A stretch of DNA of 64,000 bases from NCBI GenBank assembly GCA_051294375.1, contig CM119270.1, forward strand, positions 21,411,391 through 21,475,390, read 5' to 3'. The stretch is from Paraspadella gotoi. Its lineage: Eukaryota; Animalia; Chaetognatha. Below the pieces are notes generated by a model. That model saw only the letters and a list, made by a program, of their open reading frames with translations, had not been told where the DNA came from and searched no databases. Below are positions 56,841 through 64,000 of the stretch, piece by piece (position 1 is the stretch's first letter; every line of letters starts with the position of its first letter). Position numbers and translations under genes: made by a program.

Positions 56841-58036
56841 AATTAAAAACAAAAGACTCGAATCGCGAAGATCGAAGATCGAAAGTCTGGATTCGTCGTC
56901 GATTTAAAGAAGAAGAGGAATAAATTAACGAGACAGAGACGCTTGGAACCGACGTCGTGGGGAGAGAAGAAAAAAGGAGAACGACAGAGAGAGAGAGAGA
57001 GTGAAAACGAAAAAAAACGGGAGGGAGAGAGAGTCAAAGCGGGAGGGAGGGACAAAGAAAAAAGAAACACAAACTCCTTTTTTTTTTGTTTCGATTTTCA
57101 ACGAATCAAAATTGATTTATTTTCCTCATTTCGTTCCGGAATAATTAAAAAAAAATAATAAAAAATAATAAAAAGCAAAACAAAGAATAAAGAAGAAAAA
57201 AGAAGAAAAAAGAAATAAAAAAAAGAAAAGAAGAAAAAAGGAAACAACGACTAACAAGTGAGTAAAAAAAAATGTTACGTTAGTTAAAACTTGTCATTAT
57301 ATATTACGGAAAAATGGATTGACTTTTAAATTTTAATTTAGGTAGTTTTGTAGCATTTTACTTTTGACTGTTTTTGAAAGATAGATGGGCATGCTTTTAA
57401 ATATGTTTCATATTTTTATTATTAAAAAAAATCAAGAAAACTTTTAAAATGTTGTATTGTAATCCGAAGTAATGTATTTTATTGTATCATAATTTAACAA
57501 TTAAAAATATCATTATCTTTCGAGAGGGAGGCTTCCAAGAAACATAGCCTTTAAGCAGACGTCCGAAAAAATCATAAAGAAACAATTTTACTTTTTTTCA
57601 AGATCTCATTCGCAATTTAAACTCCTTCAACTTAACAGGTTAATAAAATTAACCTGTTTAATTGTCACCAGGATTTATTTTCCCAGAAAAACGACAATCG
57701 TTCTCAAAAGTGTAATTTTTTTCGGTTGAACTATTTTTTTTCCGTTAGTATTAACCGATGCTAAATTGTTTTTGAGTAGACTAAAGTTTAACTCGTAAAG
57801 TGCTTATAATCTCATTTTTATATATAAAGCTAAATACTTCGTTCAGCAAGGACTCACCAAAAAACGAACCAACAAAGACATTTTTTTTAAACTTTAGAAC
57901 TTTAGAAAAAAAGCTAAAAAAGAAAGTTAATATTCCCGTTACTATCCCTTAAAACGTTATTTCTCTTGTTCAAAATTCTGGAATTTCCCATAATTTTTAT
58001 GGACCACCCCTTAAAAAGCGCTCCCTTACCGGCTTA

Positions 58037-58089
58037 CCCGTTGGATTCAGGGTCGTCGCACGGCGGTCTCGCGTTCGACTCCCAACGGG
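58037..58089 (+). other. Truncated tRNA-like stem-loop (SINE/tRNA relic)
   Basis: cccgttgg...ccaacggg terminal stem with GTTCGACTC T-loop/B-box; only 53 nt, too short for a tRNA. Confidence 0.4.
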
Positions 58090-59977
58090 CTTCTAATTTT
58101 TCTCATTTGTGAATTAAAATCAGCGGGAATGCGCGTTTGTTTAATTTACTAAAAGGTTCAAGTTTTATCACAAACTTTTTCACTTCTTCACGCGTCGGTT
58201 AATGTTTAAAATGCAATTCGCAATTTTCTGACAAAAAAAATGTTTAACTGAAGAGAAACTGATCCTATTTTCGCACATATTTGGTTTTGAAATATTTTTC
58301 CTAAAAACAGATTAACAGTATTTATAATCTAATCGCGTCAGGTTACGTTAAACTAAGTACAAGTAATTAACTGAAATTGTGATGCTCGTGGAATTTTTTA
58401 ATTTTTTCAATTTTTTTAAAATTGTTAATTTAATTTAATTTCTTTGATTTGCAAGAACAACTAATAGGAATTCTTGTTTCAATATATCAACTCGACCTTG
58501 ACACAATCTTTATGTGACCACGTTGCAATCCGGGCCCCAAAGCAGTGCCGTCGCAACATAAATCCGTTTACAATATTATAATCCAACCCAGGATATTTCC
58601 ATCTAAATATAATTTTATCTCAGCTTAAATTCAATTGTCTCTTGGTCTGTCCAGTGTCCAGTTTACAGTGTCCACATCCCTGTTCGAATCAAGCGTAATT
58701 AAAGAATGTGCTATGTGAAACCAATCTTAGTTTAAGCTTAGTACATTCTAGCTCTGACACAGATTGGTCATAGCTTTAACTTGCCAAAAGCATTGCTTGA
58801 CCCAGGTTTCAACCCGAATCAACTCTAGGCTTTTTGCCATTTCCACCCTGACAAGATCTTGGCTGAATCATGGCAAAACTTTATAATGTTCAGTTAAGGT
58901 GATGTTTATAAAAATTGTTCTATTCCAGGCTAACCTTGGATACATTATGATACATGTCAGGCCCCCATTGCAATCCCTACCAATGCAATCCATTACAATC
59001 CGTACCATTGCAATTCATTGCAATCCGTACCATTGCAATCCATTGCAATCCCCAGGCTCTCCTAAAAGCCTAGCTCATACCACCCCTGTACAATTAATTT
59101 AACCAAAATAAGGTTTGGGTGCTTTTTAAAATCACTCAGTTATCACATAATTTATGTTTGTAATTGAAGATTTCCTACTGGTACAAAAATATTTTACGAA
59201 ATTGAAAGCTATGATTTCTCTTATATTTTTTTCATATACATGTATTTCTAGTCAATTGAGTTTTTCCCGCCCTTTCCCTCCCCTTAAGAACCCTGGCCTC
59301 TTTGCTTTTTTAAACGCCCCCGTCCGCCGGACCCGACCCTCGCGTGACCTTCCTTCAAGGTCATCCCGACTTCCCCCTCTCTCTCTCTCGACGGTATCGT
59401 TCAACCTGGACTCAGGTCGGGACATCTGAATCTGAACCTGAAAGTGAACCTGGATCTGAATCTGAATCTGTAGCCGGTTTTAACCTTTCGATCTCTCGCG
59501 ACGAAATTCGATTAGACGACAAACGAGGAACGACGACGACGACGACGACGACCATATGTACTTTTCAAATTATTTTTTAATGTTTTTCTTATTCGTTTTT
59601 TATATCTGTATTAAAATAAAAGAGAGAGAAAAAAAGAGCCTCCCCCTTCCATCCCCCCACACTCGCTCCCTCTTCCATACCCCCAGCGGCCGAAGATTCG
59701 TAAAAACTATTCGTCGATGTTTTCTTGCACTCGTAATTAGTTGTTCCCTCTTCAATATTCCCCCCTTGAGTTCCCCCCCCCCAAGGACTTCCACCCCAGG
59801 TCTTCCTTCCCATCAGAGTCCCCCCAAAAAGGTCTTCCCCCTCAGAGTCTTCTCCCCTGTCTTTCTCACTCCCTTCTTTCAGAAAAAAAAAGTAAGAAGA
59901 AGAAGAATAAAAGGAGAAATTCAAATGTTTTTTAAAAACGCGTTTAATTCGTTGCTGAGGAGAGGAGAGAGATGAGG

Positions 59978-60021
<44 letters not shown>

Positions 60022-61662
60022 GAGGAAGAAGAGGAGGAGAGAGAGAGAGAGAAAGACAAAGATCGTTAATCTTGCTTCGTCTTCAGAGATGGGTACCGCT
60101 TTGGGCATTGAGATACAGTGGGATCCTCGGAGATAAGAATGGTTTCGAACATAGATAATTTTGCAATAAGTAAATCTAAAAAAACATGTAATCAGCTATT
60201 CACTGAATCTAATGGATAAAGTAGGTGATGTTCTTTTTTAAAAATCTTCCCGTGAGTCTATGAAAAGATCACAGCCTCTCACTGATGAAGAGAATCTGTG
60301 AATAAATGAAAAGTGACAAGAGACGTGGGGCAATGGCCCAATTAATTTCTATCCTTTTTGTTAATATTTGACGCATTTGACAAGTGAAACACTCGTTACT
60401 AAATTGTTCATCTTTGTAATCCCTCACCATTTTTGTTTAAAATAATAATTTCAGAATATTTAAAACTATATAATGAATTTTAAAACGTAATTTTGAGTAG
60501 TTTTATAAATAATCATAGGAGTGTTAGTAAAACAATTACCTTCTCACGAAGGATCAAATTGTAAATTTAAATTTCAAGAACGCCCCAGATGGAGAACCCG
60601 CATTTGAGAGAGAGACAACTGTAAAATGTAAATTCAAATTCGAATCAATTATATTTAATCTTGGAAAATTACGAGGCCATAAACTTAACGCAATTAGATC
60701 TCTTTCCCATGTTAGCTAAAAAATCTTCTTAATTAAAAACAATGTTTTTTTCCCTTTCTTAAGGAAAAGATAAAAGGAGCAGAATGTATCTTCCTTATTT
60801 TTTAAAAACTGTCGCGAATATAATTCAATTTGGATATCGAAGCTTCTTTTCTTTTCGTCTCTCGAAGCCACAGACGTTTAACAATTAATTTCCAATTTTT
60901 ACTTAAAAAAAAAAAAAAAATTATTCCTGACCTGATGCCCGGAGATACGAAACGGTACCTCAGTTTTAAAACTGAAATAAAGAAAGAAAAAAAAACTCCG
61001 TAAAGTTTTTTTTTTCTTTTTACCTTTTTACTTCCAGTATTAAAAAAACGAGGGGAAAAACAATAAATATATATATTGGCTCTCTTTTCCGAGAGTGCCC
61101 CATTTCTGTTCCTTTATATCTTTTCTAAGAATACTTTATTTCTATTGATTAATCCTATAATTTAATTTTAACCATAATAATTAACCCAAATATATGTATA
61201 AACTTTTTAACCTTAATACCTAACCTATTCTTAAAAACTTATCATTAATTTTTAAATATTAATTTTAATACCAGACCCTAACCTAAATCCCTAACCGAAA
61301 TCCCTAACCTTAATTGCAAACTCGTCCCTCACAAGCTAACCTTAGTCCTTAACCTAATATCAAACTTTTAACTTAATATTTGTATTAAAAACTAATTTAA
61401 TTCCAAATTTAAAATAAAATGAAGCATTCTGGAAAAATAAGATAAAATGGGGCATTCTGGGAAAATAAGGCCTCAAACCACTTAAATTGTTTTTTTTTTT
61501 CTTTCCCTCCCATTTTTGTTGCGCCACTCGTTATATATATCGCCCCTCTGCCCCTACTACTCCCCCCCGCTCTCCCAACCCGCCCCTCCAGGAAACGCGG
61601 CCCCGGCCGTGTGTTAATGCCATTCTCTTCGTCTCCAAAAACCAAAAGCGGGAAAAGGATCA

Positions 61663-61803
61663 ATGGCCGCCGCCGCCGCCGCCGCCGCAGCCGCTCCGCT
61701 AACCGCCGCATTATCCTCGCTATTCTCGTCGCTTCTCGCGTACGCAACGTTCGGCCACGATTACGATTATCCCTTCGTTCACGAGTGGAAACAATTTGCG
61801 TGA
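61663..61803 (+). CDS. Candidate 46-aa small ORF (or alternative first exon) upstream of DEG/ENaC gene
   Basis: [46 protein letters not shown] in a GC island downstream of tatatata (~61532); Kozak-like caATGG. Confidence 0.3.
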   Translation: MAAAAAAAAAAPLTAALSSLFSSLLAYATFGHDYDYPFVHEWKQFA

Positions 61804-62133
61804 AAGAAAAACGAAAAAAAAAAATTATATATATCACGAAATTCGTAGGCGAAGTGACGCTTTTTAATTTTGTTTGGCCTTACTAATCGTTACTAAAAAA
61901 AACGTTACTAAAAAAAACGTTACTAATACGAGGTGGAAAAGTAAATCTACGAAAGACGTCGAAACATCCTGGATTTGTAGCAAAATTGTACGTCATCGTA
62001 CGACATATTCCGACATTTTCCGACATTGTCCGATATTATTCGACATTGTACGACATATTCCGACATTGTACGACATTTCACGAACATTGTGCGTCGTATT
62101 ACGACGTTAAAATCTTTCTTCCTCCGATAAACA

Positions 62134-63072
62134 ATGGGAGGCGAAGACGACGATGCCGGTAGTGATTACGTTCACAGGAGTTGGGGTGACTCCTGGGAAG
62201 ACTTCACACAGAACACGACCATGCACGGGTTCAGATACATCTTTGACCCAACCCCATTTAAGATCAGAAGGTAAGTATTGAGTAGGCTAAGACTTAAGAG
62301 GGTAAGGTTATTAAAGAATGTTATTAGCTGGAACTAGGATTATCAGTGAGGTAATATCGATGACAAAAGTTTTCTTCTAAACCCAAGGGTCCCGGGTTCT
62401 AGTCCTGAGTAACCTTACGGTTGCCTTGCCGCCGGATCCAATTATCCGTAATGCTATATCGGCCGCGAGGGGATAAATTTCTCTGAATATACTACATTGG
62501 AAATCCTCTCAACATTACTGTTTAAAAAAACTAAACTAAGTTAAAAGATTAATTCATAAAAATGTTTGTCAGTGGCTTTGGTTTAGGTCCAGATAAATTT
62601 CCCTGACCAATGAATTAAAATCGCCTATCCAAAGTCACGAGACGGATAGCTTGAATGTCTAATTTTCTATTTCTTATACAAATTTCATAAATAAATTTGT
62701 CGGTTTTCAAGAATTTTAAAAAGTTACGATGAGGTAATCGAAAATGCTTCTTCGATTGAATGAATTATTCATTGTTGGTGATCGACATTTACTGCTTGCC
62801 AGTAAAGTTCAAGCATTTACTGCTTGCCAGCAAAGTTCAAGCGTCGGAAAGGTTGACAAGATGTGATCGTTCACAGTGTGATGTGCTGATTCACCACTTG
62901 TGATTTTATTCTTTAATTATATCGACCTACTTGTGATAGAACAAACAGTTGGGAATTAAATTAAAATAAAGAAAATAAAAAAGTGTTAAGAGATCCTTAT
63001 GTGATAAAGAAGTTGAGTATTTACTTTTCATTTGATAATTTTTATGTTCTCATGCTGACAGAGAGATAATGA

Positions 63073-63108
<36 letters not shown>

Positions 63109-63644
63109 ATTTATTTGAAAATTTGTTGTAATGATTGATGTCATCATTATTATAATTATCACTATTACATCAACATTATCATTAATATTATATAATTTGT
63201 AAAAAAATGAATGAATATGTTATAAAACATCTACACGAAGGAATAATATTTTGTAAACATTATACGTACTACCATGATAGAAAAAAACTTGTCATGGTTT
63301 GTAAAAATTATTACATTTCATTCTCAAATACTTTTTTTGGAAGATATCGTGATCTCCAAAAAATAGTTTGGATGTTGTCTTCACGACATTAAATACCATT
63401 CGATATTCATTTGACAATAAATTGTAAGGCTGCATATTTTCCTATACACAACTATCTAGGATATTATTGTTTTCAGATTATTATGGATTCTTGTGGTGAT
63501 CGGTTGTTTCATGGCCGCAACGAGCCAAATCATTATGCAAGTGATGTATCTCCTGTCGGACCCTGAGGCGGCGAACATCAAGGTGGTCTACAAAGACATG
63601 CTCCCTTTCCCGGCCATCACCATCTGCAATCAAAATCAGTTCAG
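62134..63644 (+). CDS. DEG/ENaC (ASIC-like) sodium channel subunit, first two coding exons; continues beyond the window
   Basis: 62134-62270 MGGEDD...WEDFTQNTTMHGFRYIF..KIRR (pre-TM1 HG motif); 63477-63644 LLWILVVIGCFMAA (TM1)...LPFPAITICNQNQFR (FPAxTxCN signature); window ends on a likely acceptor (ttccatag). Confidence 0.93.
62345..62420 (+). mobile_element. Degenerate second copy of the tRNA-derived SINE-like family
   Basis: ttttcttctaaacccaagggtcccgggttctagtcc aligns with ttttcctcccaacccaatggtccggggttctagccc of the 39846-39918 copy. Confidence 0.5.
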
Positions 63645-64000
63645 GTACATCGGACCTTTGAGGATTAACGGCTCGAGTACGCGCTGGTGGTTACGATGTT
63701 TCCCTCTACAAAAATTACAATACTTCGAAACGGTACTTTAAGAAAACGGCCCATCTCAGCTTTTTTTTTTTTCGCCATGCCGTGCCATGCTGTTCAGGAT
63801 TGTGTTGGAAAAATTCAAAGCTCCTATTTCATACTGACTTCATAGTATAGTCATAGTCATAGTAGTAAATAAACATAGAATTGGGGGTTGGAGTGGGAGA
63901 GACGCGAAAGAAAAACGAAAAGATTTGAAGAGAAAAAAAGACTAGGAATTTTTTAAATTTTAGATTTCTGGCATTGCATCGGGACTTGCCTGTTCCATAG

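Noticed and set aside
58037-58089. Functional tRNA gene
   Set aside because: 53 nt; lacks proper D and anticodon arms.
61275-61360. Interstitial telomeric repeat (ccctaa-like)
   Set aside because: Only a few degenerate, interrupted units; more likely a low-complexity or transposon-associated tract.

Overview
Eukaryotic (bilaterian animal, apparently invertebrate) genomic DNA: AT-rich, intron-rich, full of GA/AG microsatellites and with several N gaps. Most of the supplied ORF track is microsatellite noise; the real genes were found by splicing exons by hand. Genes: a 3'-truncated, indel-ridden ASXL homolog (minus, ~5325-9892), a complete 13-exon LPP/zyxin-family gene (plus, 18134-30667), a complete 16-exon SREBP gene (minus, 40895-31525) tail-to-tail with LPP, and the first two coding exons of a DEG/ENaC channel (plus, from 62134). 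Mobile DNA: an internally deleted BEL/Pao LTR element, a decayed Ty3/Gypsy pol fragment, a ~300 bp MITE family and tRNA-derived SINE-like pieces. Bases 1-5320 are a noisy fold-back copy of ~11270-14390, probably an assembly artifact. Three observations stand out. (1) A perfect miR-33 hairpin lies ~830 bp upstream of SREBP on the opposite strand, across a symmetric CCAAT-CRE-CCAAT promoter, rather than in an SREBP intron. (2) A minimal type I hammerhead ribozyme with a 53-bp stem I lies in sense orientation in SREBP intron 10. (3) The BEL/Pao element has an 11-nt PBS that is complementary to its own LTR rather than to a tRNA CCA end, suggesting Tf1-like self-priming.
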